The notes: generated by a model from the letters alone, not told the origin. Counted from the stretch's first letter, positions 47,226 to 58,969 are shown. The stretch: DNA of 64,000 nucleotides from Desulfuromonadales bacterium (GCA_033549025.1 JAWSUS010000007.1:32001-96000), one strand, 5' to 3'. Made by a program: numbers and translations.

Positions 47226-48782
47226 ATGACCGAACATCTTCTCAGCCTGATGACCTTCTTCCCTCTCGTGGGGATGCTGGTACTGTTGTTCATACCTAAG
47301 GACAACGGTGGCCTGCTTAAAGGTTTTACGCTGGTGGTGACCCTGATTACATTTTTAATCAGTCTACCCCTGGCATTTGACGACGTTTTCAAAACCTCAG
47401 CAGCCATGCATTACACGGAGTTTGCTCGGTGGATTAGCATAGGCGATTTCTTCCAGATGAATTATAACGTCGGCATTGATGGCATCAGCCTTTGGCTGGT
47501 TCTGCTCACCACCTTCATCATGCCGATTGCCGTTCTTTCCACGTGGCAGGCTGTTGAGAAAAACGTTAAGGGTTATATGGCCGTGATGTTGCTTCTCGAG
47601 ACGGCCATGCTTGGTGCCTTTATTTCCCTTGATCTTTTCCTCTTCTATATTTTCTGGGAACTGATGCTCATCCCCATGTATTTCATGATTGGTATCTGGG
47701 GTGGGAAGAACCGCATTTACGCCGCTGTCAAGTTTTTCATCTTCACCGCCGTCGGTTCACTGCTCATGCTGGTGGCCATCATTTTCGTCTACTATCAGGC
47801 TTCGGTTGCTGGGCTGGCCAATAACGGCTTTGCCATCATGGACTTTTATCAGCTGACCCTGGATACGGGAATGCAGAAATGGCTGTTCCTTGCTTTTGCT
47901 TTCAGCTTCGCCATTAAAGTACCCATGTTCCCTGTCCATACCTGGTTGCCTGATGCTCATACAGAAGCTCCCACGGCCGGTTCGGTTATCCTTGCTGCCA
48001 TTCTTTTGAAGATGGGCACCTATGGCTATGTGCGTTTTGCCATGCCTTTGTTCCCCGACGCGACCCACCAATTCATCCCTTTCCTGTCTTTGCTGGCTGT
48101 CATTGGAATCATCTATGGCGCTTTGGTGGCGATGATGCAGGATGACGTCAAAAAACTCGTCGCCTATTCTTCCGTTTCCCACCTTGGGTTTGTCATGCTG
48201 GGCATATTCGCTCTGAATATGCAGGGTGTGGGCGGTGGCATGCTGCAAATGATCAACCACGGTATTTCTACCGGCGCCCTGTTCCTTATCGTCGGTTTCA
48301 TTTATGAGCGTCGCCACACACGGGCCATTGCCGAATTCGGCGGTATTGCTAAAGTAATGCCGGTTTTTGCGACCATTTTTATGATCATAACGTTCTCCTC
48401 CGTCGGACTTCCTGGTACCAACGGGTTTGTCGGCGAATTCCTGATCCTCATGGGCGCTTTCGAGAGCGAGTTGCGTTGGTTTGGAGTCTTTGCTACCACG
48501 GGTGTCATCTTTGCCGCGGTGTATATGCTGTGGATGTTCCAGCGTGTGATGTTTGGAGAGCTTAAAAATCCGGAGAATGAAAAACTTAAAGATCTATCCT
48601 TGAGAGAAGTCGTTCTCATGGTTCCCCTGCTTGTGTTTGTCTTCTGGATCGGCGTTTATCCCAATACATTCCTCGAAAAAATGAACCCGGCGATCGACCA
48701 GTTTATCCAACAGGTCAAAGGCAAACAACAGGTGGCCATCGTAGAGACTGTGGCCCCCCAGCACTATGGTGATCATCACTAA
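47226..48782 (+). CDS. nuoM: NADH-quinone oxidoreductase subunit M
   Basis: FWELML.PM, WLPDAHTEAPT, LKMGTYG, AYSSVSH. Confidence 0.96.
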   Translation: MTEHLLSLMTFFPLVGMLVLLFIPKDNGGLLKGFTLVVTLITFLISLPLAFDDVFKTSAAMHYTEFARWISIGDFFQMNYNVGIDGISLWLVLLTTFIMPIAVLSTWQAVEKNVKGYMAVMLLLETAMLGAFISLDLFLFYIFWELMLIPMYFMIGIWGGKNRIYAAVKFFIFTAVGSLLMLVAIIFVYYQASVAGLANNGFAIMDFYQLTLDTGMQKWLFLAFAFSFAIKVPMFPVHTWLPDAHTEAPTAGSVILAAILLKMGTYGYVRFAMPLFPDATHQFIPFLSLLAVIGIIYGALVAMMQDDVKKLVAYSSVSHLGFVMLGIFALNMQGVGGGMLQMINHGISTGALFLIVGFIYERRHTRAIAEFGGIAKVMPVFATIFMIITFSSVGLPGTNGFVGEFLILMGAFESELRWFGVFATTGVIFAAVYMLWMFQRVMFGELKNPENEKLKDLSLREVVLMVPLLVFVFWIGVYPNTFLEKMNPAIDQFIQQVKGKQQVAIVETVAPQHYGDHH

Positions 48783-48829
48783 GAGTACCGATGGCATTCG
48801 TATAAAAACGCTTCCGAAGGAGCAATTTC

Positions 48830-50290
48830 ATGGAAAATCTGGTGCAACTCGCCATTCAGAACGTAAATTTCGGGGCAATCATGCCGTCACTCATCCTGAC
48901 GTGTTTCGGCATGGGGCTCCTCCTTGTCAGCGTATTCTCCCGGAAGGGTCAGACCGCGCATCTCGCCTGGATCGCCATTCTTGGTTTGATCGTGACAGGT
49001 TTCTACTCGCTTTCCGGTTGGAATAATCCTCAGTGGGGGTTCGCCGAAAGTGTGGTTCTTGACAACTTTGCGACCTTTTTCAATTTCACCTTCCTGATCG
49101 CCGCGGGCCTTACGATTTTGATGTCTGACGACTATCTCAAGCGCGAAGGGTATCCCATCGGTGAGTATTATCCACTGATCCTGCTGACAACGGCCGGCGC
49201 CATGTGGATGGCCTCTGGCAATGACCTGATGACTGTCTTTCTTGGGCTGGAGGTGCTTTCTGTTTCCCTCTATGTTCTGGCTGGTCTTTTCCGCGGACAA
49301 CTGCAGTCCAACGAAGCAGGTCTTAAGTACTTCCTCCTCGGAGCGTTTTCCACAGGCTTCCTCCTTTATGGCATCGCACTCACCTATGGGGTGACCGGTA
49401 CGACCAAGATCAAAGGTATTGCCGACTACTTTGCCGCGAACCCCGACATGCTCGCCAGCCCCATGGCTATAGCCGGCATGTTGTTGATGAGTTCCGGATT
49501 TCTTTTCAAGATTGCGGCAGTTCCCTTCCACATGTGGACTCCTGACGTCTACCAGGGAGCTCCCACTCCTGTCACCGCTTTTATGAGTGCCGGACCAAAA
49601 GCTGCTGCTTTTGCGGCATTTATCAGGGTCATGACTATCGGTATGGAGGGCATGGAAGCCGACTGGACGGCTCTCTTCTGGGTTCTTGCCGTTCTTACCA
49701 TGATCATTGGTAACTTTGTCGCCATCTATCAGACTAATCTTAAGCGCATGTTGGCCTATTCCTCCGTGGCCCATGCTGGCTATGCCATGGTCGGTCTGGT
49801 CGCGGCCAATGAAATAGGTGTTTCGGGCATCCTTTTTTACATGCTCGCTTATACTTTTATGAATATCGGTGCTTTTGCTGTGCTGGTCCTGGCTGGCAAA
49901 ACCGGGGAAGAAAATCTTACACTGGAAGGGTTTGCCGGCTTCGGGTTTAAAAGACCCATGCTCGGGGTGGCTATGACCATTTTCCTGTTCTCACTGATGG
50001 GAATCCCCCCCACAGCCGGATTTGCCGGTAAATTCTTCATTTTTGCCGGGGCTGTAAAGGCAGGATACATTTGGCTCGCCGTCATTGGCGTACTTAATTC
50101 TGCAGTCTCCCTTTACTACTACCTGCGCCTGATGGTTTATATGTACTTCAAAAATCCCGAAGAAGACTTCAGCTGGGTTAAGATTCACGCCGGAGCTGCT
50201 GTCTCAATTGTGATTGCCATTGTCGGTGTCCTCTATCTCGGTATTTTGCCCGAGTCGGTTATGGAGCTTGCGAAACTGGCGACCTTCTAA
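48830..50290 (+). CDS. nuoN: NADH-quinone oxidoreductase subunit N
   Basis: EAGLKYFLLG, FK..AVPFHMWTPDVYQGAP, KRMLAYSS. Confidence 0.96.
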   Translation: MENLVQLAIQNVNFGAIMPSLILTCFGMGLLLVSVFSRKGQTAHLAWIAILGLIVTGFYSLSGWNNPQWGFAESVVLDNFATFFNFTFLIAAGLTILMSDDYLKREGYPIGEYYPLILLTTAGAMWMASGNDLMTVFLGLEVLSVSLYVLAGLFRGQLQSNEAGLKYFLLGAFSTGFLLYGIALTYGVTGTTKIKGIADYFAANPDMLASPMAIAGMLLMSSGFLFKIAAVPFHMWTPDVYQGAPTPVTAFMSAGPKAAAFAAFIRVMTIGMEGMEADWTALFWVLAVLTMIIGNFVAIYQTNLKRMLAYSSVAHAGYAMVGLVAANEIGVSGILFYMLAYTFMNIGAFAVLVLAGKTGEENLTLEGFAGFGFKRPMLGVAMTIFLFSLMGIPPTAGFAGKFFIFAGAVKAGYIWLAVIGVLNSAVSLYYYLRLMVYMYFKNPEEDFSWVKIHAGAAVSIVIAIVGVLYLGILPESVMELAKLATF

Positions 50291-50312
50291 TATACGTCTT
50301 TTGGGAATCCCG

Positions 50313-50342
50313 AACCCCGGCCAATGCCGGGGTTTTTTTTTG
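50313..50342 (+). terminator. Intrinsic terminator of the nuo operon
   Basis: AACCCCGGC-CAAT-GCCGGGGTT plus long T run. Confidence 0.85.
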
Positions 50343-50439
50343 GGGGGTCCTTATAAGCGTAATGAGCTAGCCAGCCCGGTTTTGTTGTTATACTGAGACC
50401 GAACCATTAGTCTGTAGCCATTGAAACCGAAGGACTGCT

Positions 50440-51834
50440 ATGGCCTTAGATGATATTCAGTCGTTTTTGCAGATATTGGACCGTGAAGGTGAGCTGCATC
50501 ATATTAAGGCCGAGGTCGATTGGGACCAGGAGATAGCTGCCATTACTGACCGTATTAGCAAGCGCGTCGATGGCGGTCCTGGCTTGCGCTTTCATAAGGT
50601 TAAGGGTTATAGAACTCCCGTAGGCACCAATCTGTTTGGTTCCCGTCGACGAATGCAGCTGGCTATGGGGGGAATGGCTCCCGATATTCTAGGCAAACGT
50701 CTGGTAACCGTGATTCGACCGGAATCGGGTTCTACCAGTTTGCAGAAGCTAAGAAATTTTCTGAGCCGAGAAAATTTTAAACCTCGCCTGGTGGATAAAC
50801 CTCCCTGCCAGGCGATCATTTTTGACAACAATCCCTCGGTTGAGAAATATCTGCCGGCGCTGAAAACCTGGCCGGCGGACGGGGGCCGTTTCCTGACACT
50901 CCCTTTGGTCATTACGAAAGATCCGGACTCGGGTTCACACAACTACGGTCTGTATCGTGTGCAGTTAAAGGGAGACAATAAGCTCGCCATCCATTGGGCT
51001 GCTTCCTCTGACGGCGCCCGGCATCATGAGCTTTACCGCCAGCGCCTGCAAAAAAACCCTGTCGCTATTGCGCTAGGCGGAGCGCCAGCCCTTATGTATG
51101 CCGCCAGCGCCCCCGTTCCGAAAGGGAGTGATGAAGCCGCCTTTGCGACCTTCCTGAGGGGGGAATCGGTCCCTATGGCGACCAGCCTGACTCACGGGCT
51201 CCGGGTTCCCGCGGGGGCCGATTTCGTGCTGGAGGGCTATATCGACATGGAAGAGACGGTAGTCGAAGGCCCTTTCGGAAACCACACTGGTTTTTACGAT
51301 ATAGCGCAACCCGCCCCTCTCTTTCGAGTCCATACCCTGACCTGTAGGGAGGATCCGGTATATACCTGCACCGTCGTTGGTCCGCCTCCCATGGAAGATT
51401 GTTATATGGCCCAATATACCGAACGCCTCTTCCTGCCATTAATGCAATTGGATTATCCATGGATCGAGGATGTTCATCAGCCAATGGAGGGCATTTTTCA
51501 TCAGTGCACCTTTTTGTCCATTAAAAAAAATGGCCCGGGTGAGGGTATGGAGAGAATCAGGCAATTATGGTCGGGACCCTGGCGGCCGCGAGCCCGATTG
51601 CTGGCCGTTTTCGATGAGGGGACCAACCTTGGAGAAGGAAGTGAATTACTGTGGCGCCTTCTGAACAGAGTGAATCCTGAAACAGATCTTCTGGTGAGGG
51701 GGGATCAGGTCGGCATCGATGCTACCAGCAAATTCTCAAGCGAGCCAGGTTTTGAGGGCGAGCGAAAACCGATTAAAGCAAGCCCCTCTATTCAGCAGTT
51801 GCTGGCCAGAAGGTGGCGTGATTACGGCTTTTAA
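50440..51834 (+). CDS. UbiD-family decarboxylase (menaquinone cluster)
   Basis: TNLFGS, DGGRFLTLP, EGPFGNHTGFY, GPPPMED. Confidence 0.88.
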   Translation: MALDDIQSFLQILDREGELHHIKAEVDWDQEIAAITDRISKRVDGGPGLRFHKVKGYRTPVGTNLFGSRRRMQLAMGGMAPDILGKRLVTVIRPESGSTSLQKLRNFLSRENFKPRLVDKPPCQAIIFDNNPSVEKYLPALKTWPADGGRFLTLPLVITKDPDSGSHNYGLYRVQLKGDNKLAIHWAASSDGARHHELYRQRLQKNPVAIALGGAPALMYAASAPVPKGSDEAAFATFLRGESVPMATSLTHGLRVPAGADFVLEGYIDMEETVVEGPFGNHTGFYDIAQPAPLFRVHTLTCREDPVYTCTVVGPPPMEDCYMAQYTERLFLPLMQLDYPWIEDVHQPMEGIFHQCTFLSIKKNGPGEGMERIRQLWSGPWRPRARLLAVFDEGTNLGEGSELLWRLLNRVNPETDLLVRGDQVGIDATSKFSSEPGFEGERKPIKASPSIQQLLARRWRDYGF

Positions 51835-51962
51835 AAGTTCCATGGCCAGGGAGAATCGAGCAGCCCAAGGGCGAGGCCCGGAAATCCCTTGTCTGCCGGT
51901 CAGGGGCAGGTGTAGAATTCACTTTTGTTCACAAACCTGAAGAACATAAGGTGACCATAATT

Positions 51963-52838
51963 ATGACGGAAGTAAGTTTTTTTGAGAGAGGGAAAACCCT
52001 CCTTGAAATGATCAAGTTTTCCCACACGGTATTCGCCTTCCCCTTTGCCCTGATGGGGGTTATCCTCGCCTCCCTGGCCAGTGCCGCGCTGCCGACCCTG
52101 ATGCAGATTGTCTGGATCTGCCTGGCCATGGTCGGGGCCCGTTCCGGAGCCATGGGGCTTAACCGCATCATCGATGCGCGCATCGATGCCAAGAACCCAC
52201 GCACGGCACAGCGTCATATCCCGGCGGGTAAAGTTTCCCTGCGCGAGGCCTGGATCTTTGTACTGGCCTCTTTTGCGCTACTCCTCTTTTCGGCCTGGAT
52301 GCTCAATCCCCTTTGCCTCAAGTTGTCCCCCCTGGCCCTGTTTTTTCTGGCACTGTATTCCTTCTGTAAACGGTTCACCCCGCTAGCCCATATTGTGCTG
52401 GGTATCTGTCTGGCCGCTGCGCCCATCGGGGCCTGGATCGCCTTGCGGGGGGACGTGAGCTGGCAGGTGCTGGTCCTGGGCCTGGCGGTGCTTTTCTGGG
52501 TGGCGGGGTTCGACATCCTCTATGCCCTGCAGGATCTTGATTTTGACCGCGAACAGAACCTGCACTCCATCCCGGCCCGTTTGGGTGTGGAGCGATCGCT
52601 ACTTCTCGCCCGGGCCTTTCACGCTGTGATGGTCTTTCTGCTGGCTCTCCTTCTGTCGATGCCGGGACTGGGTTGGATATACCTGCTTGGGGTCCTAGTG
52701 GTCACGGGACTATTGGTTTATGAGCATCTCCTGGTCAAGGCGGACGACCTGTCGCGATTGGATGCGGCCTTTTTCAATATGAACGGGTATATCAGTGTGA
52801 CCATCTTTGCCTTCACGCTGGTGGACAGCCTGATTTGA
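51963..52838 (+). CDS. ubiA: UbiA-family polyprenyltransferase (MqnP-like)
   Basis: IKFSHTVFAFPFA, NRIIDARIDAKNPRT..R, GFDILYALQD. Confidence 0.9.
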   Translation: MTEVSFFERGKTLLEMIKFSHTVFAFPFALMGVILASLASAALPTLMQIVWICLAMVGARSGAMGLNRIIDARIDAKNPRTAQRHIPAGKVSLREAWIFVLASFALLLFSAWMLNPLCLKLSPLALFFLALYSFCKRFTPLAHIVLGICLAAAPIGAWIALRGDVSWQVLVLGLAVLFWVAGFDILYALQDLDFDREQNLHSIPARLGVERSLLLARAFHAVMVFLLALLLSMPGLGWIYLLGVLVVTGLLVYEHLLVKADDLSRLDAAFFNMNGYISVTIFAFTLVDSLI

Positions 52839-52860
52839 TTCAGGAAAAGGAATTGGTTTC

Positions 52861-53466
52861 ATGAAGCATATAGCCGTGGCGATGACGGGAGCCTCCGGAG
52901 CCGTATATGGCGTGCGCCTGATTGAAGAACTGCTCAGGGCCAATTGCCGGGTTTCACTGGTATTGACCCGATCGGGTCTGGATGTGCTGCATCACGAAAC
53001 CGGCCTGGACTGGTTGGGCAGCAAGGCACAGCGGCAGGAAAAAATCGTCGCGCACTGTGGCGGCAGCCAGAACCTCTGTGTTTACGAAGAGCAGGATATG
53101 TTTGCCCCCCTGGCCAGCGGTTCCGCCGTACCCGAAGCCATGGTGGTCATCCCCTGCTCCATGGGGACAGCGGCCCGCCTGGCCGCCGGGGTCAGTGGGA
53201 ATCTGGTGGAACGAGCGGCCGACGTGGTGCTGAAGGAGCGCAAGGAGCTGATTCTGGTGCCGCGCGAAACACCTCTGAACCAAATCCATCTGGAAAATCT
53301 GCTCAAACTCAGTCGTGCCGGCGCCCACATCCTGCCGGCCATGCCGGGATTCTACCACCGCCCCCAAACCATGGACGATCTGGTGAACCATGTTATTGGC
53401 AAAGTTTTGGATAGTTTGGATATAGAACACACCCTGTTCCCGCGCTGGGGACAGCTGCAGGAGTAG
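52861..53466 (+). CDS. ubiX: Flavin prenyltransferase
   Basis: TGASG, ASGS, PCSMGT, RAADVVLKE, PRETP, PGFY. Confidence 0.94.
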   Translation: MKHIAVAMTGASGAVYGVRLIEELLRANCRVSLVLTRSGLDVLHHETGLDWLGSKAQRQEKIVAHCGGSQNLCVYEEQDMFAPLASGSAVPEAMVVIPCSMGTAARLAAGVSGNLVERAADVVLKERKELILVPRETPLNQIHLENLLKLSRAGAHILPAMPGFYHRPQTMDDLVNHVIGKVLDSLDIEHTLFPRWGQLQE

Positions 53467-53470
53467 CAAG

Positions 53471-54553
53471 ATGGAAGCACTCTATGAAAAGATCAGAGCG
53501 AGAATAGCCGCGGGGGAACGAATAACCGCGGCCGAAGCCCTGGCTCTGTTTGAAGCCAAAGATCTGCTGGAAATCGGCGACCTGGCCGCGCTGGCCAATG
53601 AGCAAAAAAACGGCAAGCGGGTCTATTTCAACGTCAATCGTCATATCAATTACTCCAACGTCTGCGTCAACCAGTGTACTTTCTGCGCCTTCTGCAAAAC
53701 AACGGAAGAAAAGGGCGGTTATACCCTGGCTCTGCAGGAGATTCTGGATAAGGCGAAAGAGGCCAGCGATGCCGGCGCCACTGAAATTCACGTCGTCGGC
53801 GGACTGCATCCCGAGTTGCCCTATGAATTCTACCTTGAGATGCTTGAAAGCATCAAAAAAACCTGCCCGCAGGTTCATCTCAAGGCCTTTACCGCCGTGG
53901 AAATCGATTACTTCAGCAAGCTCTCCGGTCGTTCGGTGGAGCAGGTTATTGAGGATTTGAAGGACGCCGGCTTGGGCTCGATGCCGGGGGGCGGGGCCGA
54001 AATATTCGCGCCAGCGGTGCGTGAGAAGATCTGCCCCGAAAAGATCACGGGCGCCCGCTGGCTCGAAGTGGTGGAAAAGGTGCACCAGGCGGGACTTAAA
54101 ACCAATGCCACCATGCTGTTCGGCCATCTCGAATCCGACGCAGACCGGGTGGACCACTTGGATAAGCTGCGTGCCCTGCAGGATCGCACGGGCGGTTTTC
54201 AGGCCTTTATTCCCCTGGCTTTTCAGCCTGACAACACGCGGGTTCCCGGCGCCAAAGGCGTCGGCGGCGTCGATGCCCTCAAAACCCTCGCCATCAGCCG
54301 CATCTATCTCGACAATTTTCTGCACATCAAGGCTTACTGGGTCATGCTCGGCCTGAAAATCGCCCAGGTCGCCCTGGCCTTTGGCGTGAACGATCTGGAT
54401 GGCACCGTGGTGGAAGAAAAAATCGGGCATGACGCCGGAGCCGAGTCGCCCCAGATTCTGGCCAAGGAACACCTGGTGGACATGATCCGCAAGGCAGGCA
54501 AGATACCCGTGGAGCGCGATACCCTCTACCGGGAACTGGGAGAGGCGACATGA
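53471..54553 (+). CDS. mqnE: Aminofutalosine synthase (radical SAM)
   Basis: CVNQCTFCAF, HVVGGLHP, MPGGGAEIF, HIKAYWVM, DGTVVEEKI. Confidence 0.9.
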   Translation: MEALYEKIRARIAAGERITAAEALALFEAKDLLEIGDLAALANEQKNGKRVYFNVNRHINYSNVCVNQCTFCAFCKTTEEKGGYTLALQEILDKAKEASDAGATEIHVVGGLHPELPYEFYLEMLESIKKTCPQVHLKAFTAVEIDYFSKLSGRSVEQVIEDLKDAGLGSMPGGGAEIFAPAVREKICPEKITGARWLEVVEKVHQAGLKTNATMLFGHLESDADRVDHLDKLRALQDRTGGFQAFIPLAFQPDNTRVPGAKGVGGVDALKTLAISRIYLDNFLHIKAYWVMLGLKIAQVALAFGVNDLDGTVVEEKIGHDAGAESPQILAKEHLVDMIRKAGKIPVERDTLYRELGEAT

Positions 54554-55623
54554 GCGCAGAACTGTCCCAGGTGGTGGAAAAGGTGCGTCAGGGCAAAGGC
54601 ATCGACCGGGCCGAAGCCCTGATCTTGCTTGAGCAGGCGGATCTGCTGACGCTGGGAAAGCTGGCCGATGTGTTGCGACGCCAGAAACATCCCCACGGCA
54701 GGGTGACTTTCGTGGTCGACCGCAACGTCAATTACACCAACGTCTGCCAGTCCCGCTGCCGCTTCTGCGCCTTCTACCGAAATGCGGAGGCCAAGGATGC
54801 CTATCTGCTTTCCCACGACAAGATTCTCGCCAAGGTGCAGGAGTTGGCGGACCATGGCGGCACCCAGCTTCTCATGCAGGGGGGGCTGCACCCTGATCTC
54901 AAGATTGACTGGTTTGAAACTCTCTTCCTTCGAATCAAGGCAGCTTTTCCCTCCATGCAGGTGCATTCTCTCTCTCCTGCCGAGGTTATCCATGTGGCCC
55001 GTCTTTCCGGCCTCAGTATGAAGGAATGCCTCTTGCGTCTGCAGGCCGCCGGTCTCGATTCGGTACCGGGGGGTGGCGCCGAGGTGCTCGTCGACGAGGT
55101 GCGCCAGCAGATCTCCCCCAACAAGATCGGCTGGCAGCAATGGGCGCAGGTCATGAAGGCCGCTCACGGCCTCGGCATGCGCACGACGGCGACCATGATG
55201 TTCGGCTCCAGGGAAGGGGCGCGGGACATCGTCGAGCATCTCTTCCGCATTCGGGAAATCCAGCAGGAAACGGGTGGTTTTACCGCCTTCATACCCTGGA
55301 CCTTTCAGCCGGATAATACGGAACTGGGGGGCCAGGTGGCGACGGGGGTCGAATACCTGAAGGTGCTGGCGCTATCGCGCCTGGTGCTGGACAACATCGA
55401 CAACATCCAGGCCAGCTGGGTGACCCAGGGGGACAAGATGGCCCAGGTGGCCCTCTTTTTCGGGGCCAACGACCTGGGGGGAACCATGCTCGAAGAGAAT
55501 GTTGTGGCCGCCGCCGGGGTGACCTTCCGCCTGTCGCAGGACGAAATCATTGCGCTGGCGCGCGAGGCCGGCTTCATTCCAGCCAAACGCAACACCCTCT
55601 ATCAGATATTGCAGGAATATTGA
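54550..55623 (+). CDS. mqnC: Cyclic dehypoxanthine futalosine synthase (radical SAM)
   Basis: [45 protein letters not shown]. Confidence 0.9.
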   Translation: MSAELSQVVEKVRQGKGIDRAEALILLEQADLLTLGKLADVLRRQKHPHGRVTFVVDRNVNYTNVCQSRCRFCAFYRNAEAKDAYLLSHDKILAKVQELADHGGTQLLMQGGLHPDLKIDWFETLFLRIKAAFPSMQVHSLSPAEVIHVARLSGLSMKECLLRLQAAGLDSVPGGGAEVLVDEVRQQISPNKIGWQQWAQVMKAAHGLGMRTTATMMFGSREGARDIVEHLFRIREIQQETGGFTAFIPWTFQPDNTELGGQVATGVEYLKVLALSRLVLDNIDNIQASWVTQGDKMAQVALFFGANDLGGTMLEENVVAAAGVTFRLSQDEIIALAREAGFIPAKRNTLYQILQEY

Positions 55624-55645
55624 ACGGACAGAAAAGGACGACACC

Positions 55646-56698
55646 ATGAGTTGCCTGCGCCCCAATATCGCCCAAATGGCCGGCTATGTGCCGGGGTATC
55701 AGCCTCCGGACAGCGAGGCTTGGATCAAGCTCAACACCAATGAAAACCCCTATCCCCCCTCGCCGCAGGTGGTGGAAGCCATCCGCCGGGAGCTGGGGGA
55801 AAAGGGCGACTCCCTGCGCATGTACCCGGATGCCGGCAGCCTTCGGGTTCGGCAGGAGGCGGCGGCGCTCTACGGTTTCGAGCCCACCTGCGTGATCACC
55901 GCCAACGGTTCCGACGAGCTGCTCAACAACCTCATCCGCGCCTTTGCGGGAGAGGGCGAAGAGGTCGCCTATATCCATCCCTCCTACTCCTACTACGCGA
56001 CTCTGGCCCAAATCCAGGGGGCCAAAATCCGCACCTTCGGCCTGACGGCAGATTACCGCATCGCCGACTTTCCGGCGCGCTACGAAGGCAAGCTCTTTTT
56101 TCTCACCAGCCCCAACGCGCCCCTGGGCTTTGCCTTTCCCCTGGACTATATCGCCGATATCGCCTGCCGCTGCGCCGGCATGCTGGTCATCGACGAGGCC
56201 TACGTCGACTTCGCCGAGACCAATGCGTTGGAGTTGGTCAAGCAGTTCGACAATGTGGTGGTCACCCGGACCTTCTCCAAGAGCTATTCCCTGGCCGGCA
56301 TGCGCCTCGGCCTCGCCGTGGCCCGGCCGGAGGTTATCCAGGCGCTGGACAAGATACGGGATCATTACCACCTGGATCGTCTCGCTCTCGCTGCGGCCGG
56401 TGCGGCCCTGCGCGACCAGGCCTATCTGGCCGAAACCGTGGGCCGGATACATGACACCAGGGAGTGGTTTTCGGCCCAACTGCGAGATCTCGGTTACACG
56501 CTGGTCGCTTCACAAACGAACTTCATTTTTGCTTCTCCTCCCGACCGCAATGGCAAGAGGGTTTACGAGGGGCTCTACGCCCGCAAGATCCTGGTGCGCT
56601 ATTTTACCGACCCGCTGCTGGCCCACGGGCTGCGCATTACCATAGGGAACCGGTCGGAGATGGAGCAGACCCTGGCGGTTCTCAAGGAACTGGGGTGA
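55646..56698 (+). CDS. hisC: Histidinol-phosphate aminotransferase
   Basis: [29 protein letters not shown]. Confidence 0.9.
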   Translation: MSCLRPNIAQMAGYVPGYQPPDSEAWIKLNTNENPYPPSPQVVEAIRRELGEKGDSLRMYPDAGSLRVRQEAAALYGFEPTCVITANGSDELLNNLIRAFAGEGEEVAYIHPSYSYYATLAQIQGAKIRTFGLTADYRIADFPARYEGKLFFLTSPNAPLGFAFPLDYIADIACRCAGMLVIDEAYVDFAETNALELVKQFDNVVVTRTFSKSYSLAGMRLGLAVARPEVIQALDKIRDHYHLDRLALAAAGAALRDQAYLAETVGRIHDTREWFSAQLRDLGYTLVASQTNFIFASPPDRNGKRVYEGLYARKILVRYFTDPLLAHGLRITIGNRSEMEQTLAVLKELG

Positions 56699-57843
56699 GA
56701 GGAGAACCTTCGCCAGTCAGGGATGCCAGGGTGGAGCCCGACGTCTTCGCCCGGGCTCTGCTGGCCTGGTACAACGATCAGGGCCGGGAGCTTCCGTGGC
56801 GGCAGACCCGCGATCCCTACCGAATCTGGCTCTCCGAGGTTATGCTGCAACAGACGGGGGTCGCCGCCGTCATCCCCTATTACCAGCGTTTTCTCGAACG
56901 CTATCCTGCCGTCGAGGCGTTGGCCGCGGCGCCGATTGAAGAGGTGGTCGACCTTTGGGCCGGCCTCGGCTACTATTCCAGAGCCAGAAACCTGCATGCC
57001 GCCGCCCGCCAGATCGTGGCGTGTTTCCACGGGCGTTTTCCCGCCACCGTGGCGGAACTTCAGTCCCTGCCCGGTGTGGGACGCTCCACGGCTGGGGCCA
57101 TTGCCGCCCTCGCTTTTGAAAAGCCCGCTCCCATTCTTGACGGCAACGTCCGCCGCATTCTGTGCCGGCTTTTTGCCTGGCAGGAAGTCCCCACCACCGC
57201 CGGGGCTCAGCGGCAGCTGTGGGAGTGGGCCGAGGCACTCACGCCGGCGGTGAGAGTGCATGACTACACCCAGGCCATCATGGACCTGGGCGCTACCGTC
57301 TGCCTGCCCCGCAATCCCCGCTGTCCCGACTGCCCCGTCGCCTGCTTCTGCCTGGGGCACGCCCTGGGGCTGGAAAAGAGCCTTCCCCAGCGGCAACCCC
57401 CCAAAGCCGTGCCTACCGAAGTTCAGGTCGTTCTCGTCCTGGTCTGGGGAGGCCGCCTCCTCGTCCGCCGCCGACCCCTACAGGGTCTACTGGGAGGGCT
57501 GTGGGAGTTTCCCGGTCGTCAACCTGTCAGCGGGCAAACCCCGGAGCAGGCTGCCGCGGAGGAGCTGCGGGAGAGGGGGCTGTCGGGGCGATTGCAGGCT
57601 GTCGGCACGATCCGGCATGCCTACAGTCATTTTCGTGTGCAGGTCGAGGTCTTTAAAGCCCAGATCCAGAAAATCGACGGCGTGGCCGAAGGGGGAGGTG
57701 GCGAACAGTGGCTGCCGGAAAAGGCGCTGTTGGATTTGCCCCTGCACGGCGCCCATAAAAAGGTACTGGGCCTGCTTCATGAGAAGCCGGCTCGTTCATC
57801 AGGCAAGGAGAAGACCATTGAAAGTCACAACCGACAGGATTGA
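56695..57843 (+). CDS. mutY: A/G-specific adenine glycosylase
   Basis: [32 protein letters not shown]...P.C..CP...C; start uncertain (GTG 56695 or 56731). Confidence 0.92.
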   Translation: MRGEPSPVRDARVEPDVFARALLAWYNDQGRELPWRQTRDPYRIWLSEVMLQQTGVAAVIPYYQRFLERYPAVEALAAAPIEEVVDLWAGLGYYSRARNLHAAARQIVACFHGRFPATVAELQSLPGVGRSTAGAIAALAFEKPAPILDGNVRRILCRLFAWQEVPTTAGAQRQLWEWAEALTPAVRVHDYTQAIMDLGATVCLPRNPRCPDCPVACFCLGHALGLEKSLPQRQPPKAVPTEVQVVLVLVWGGRLLVRRRPLQGLLGGLWEFPGRQPVSGQTPEQAAAEELRERGLSGRLQAVGTIRHAYSHFRVQVEVFKAQIQKIDGVAEGGGGEQWLPEKALLDLPLHGAHKKVLGLLHEKPARSSGKEKTIESHNRQD

Positions 57844-58957
57844 GATTATAACGACCGCTCCGGCCCTGGCCGCCTTCGCTCAAAAACTCGCCGGACAAAG
57901 CAGCATCGCCGTCGATCTTGAAGCGGATTCCATGCACTCCTACCGGGAAAAGGTCTGCCTGCTGCAATTCACCACGGAAGAGGAGACGGTCCTCGTCGAT
58001 CCCCTGGCCGTAACCGACCTGGCACCCCTGGGCCCGGTGCTGGCGAACCCGGGAATCCGCAAGATCTTTCACGCGGCCGACTATGATATCCGCTGTCTCT
58101 ACCGCGATTTTTCCCTGGAGATCAACGGGCTTTTCGACACCATGATCGCCTGCCAATTTTTGGGGGAAGAGAAGGTCGGCCTGGCCGATGTCCTGCTCAA
58201 ATATTTCGGTATCGAGCTGGACAAGCAGTATCAGAGGGCCGACTGGTCCAAAAGGCCCCTTTCACCGGAGATGATTCGCTATGCCGCCGAGGACACGGCC
58301 CATCTGCACCGGCTGGTGATTATTCTGGAAGAGGCGTTGCAGGAAAAAGGTCGTCTGACTTGGGTGCAGGAAGAATGGAGACTGTTGGAAAAGGTGCGCC
58401 ATAGCGAGCCCGGGGGGCCACTTTTTCTGCGCCTCAAGGGAGCCGGAGCGCTGCCCCGCCGGTCGCTGGCCGTACTGGAGGCCCTTCTGCAGTGGCGGGA
58501 CAGGGAAGCGCAGCGACGGGATTGCCCCCATTTCAAAGTGCTGGGCAATAAATCGCTCTTGCAGCTGGCGCGAACCATGCCCCATTCTCTGCAGGGGCTG
58601 GTGGGCATCGAGGGGATTTCTCCCCGGGTGGTGGATCGCTACGGCAAAAGTCTGCTGGCGGCGGTAGAGGTCGGCAAGGCCGTCCCCGAGGGGGAGCTGC
58701 CTTCTTTTCCCCGCACGGAGCGCCGTGTGCGCGACGAAAAGGTCGATCAGCGGCTGGCCCACCTGAAGGCTTGGCGGGCCGAAAAAGCCGCCGAGTTGCA
58801 GATGGATCCGGGCATTGTCATCAACAATGCTCTCCTGGAGGAGATCGCCTGGCGCGAGCCACACAACGAAGAGGCTCTGCGCCAGATCCCCGGCCTCAAA
58901 AACTGGCAGGGGGAGGTATTGGCAGAGGGCCTCTTGCAGACACTGGCCGGGGCGTAA
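57818..58957 (+). CDS. rnd: Ribonuclease D (3'-5' exonuclease plus HRDC)
   Basis: AVDLEAD, CLLQ, KIFHAADYD, DWSKRPL...YAAED; probable TTG start after AAGGAG. Confidence 0.88.
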   Translation: MKVTTDRIEIITTAPALAAFAQKLAGQSSIAVDLEADSMHSYREKVCLLQFTTEEETVLVDPLAVTDLAPLGPVLANPGIRKIFHAADYDIRCLYRDFSLEINGLFDTMIACQFLGEEKVGLADVLLKYFGIELDKQYQRADWSKRPLSPEMIRYAAEDTAHLHRLVIILEEALQEKGRLTWVQEEWRLLEKVRHSEPGGPLFLRLKGAGALPRRSLAVLEALLQWRDREAQRRDCPHFKVLGNKSLLQLARTMPHSLQGLVGIEGISPRVVDRYGKSLLAAVEVGKAVPEGELPSFPRTERRVRDEKVDQRLAHLKAWRAEKAAELQMDPGIVINNALLEEIAWREPHNEEALRQIPGLKNWQGEVLAEGLLQTLAGA

Positions 58958-58969
58958 GTTTTTCCCCCG

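Noticed and set aside
53471..55623. Tandem radical SAM genes as a novel biosynthetic cluster
   Set aside because: Motifs and context match MqnE and MqnC of the known futalosine pathway
57260..57817. Apparent N-terminal extension or fusion on RNase D
   Set aside because: Overlaps mutY in another frame; a TTG start with RBS at 57818 explains the gene
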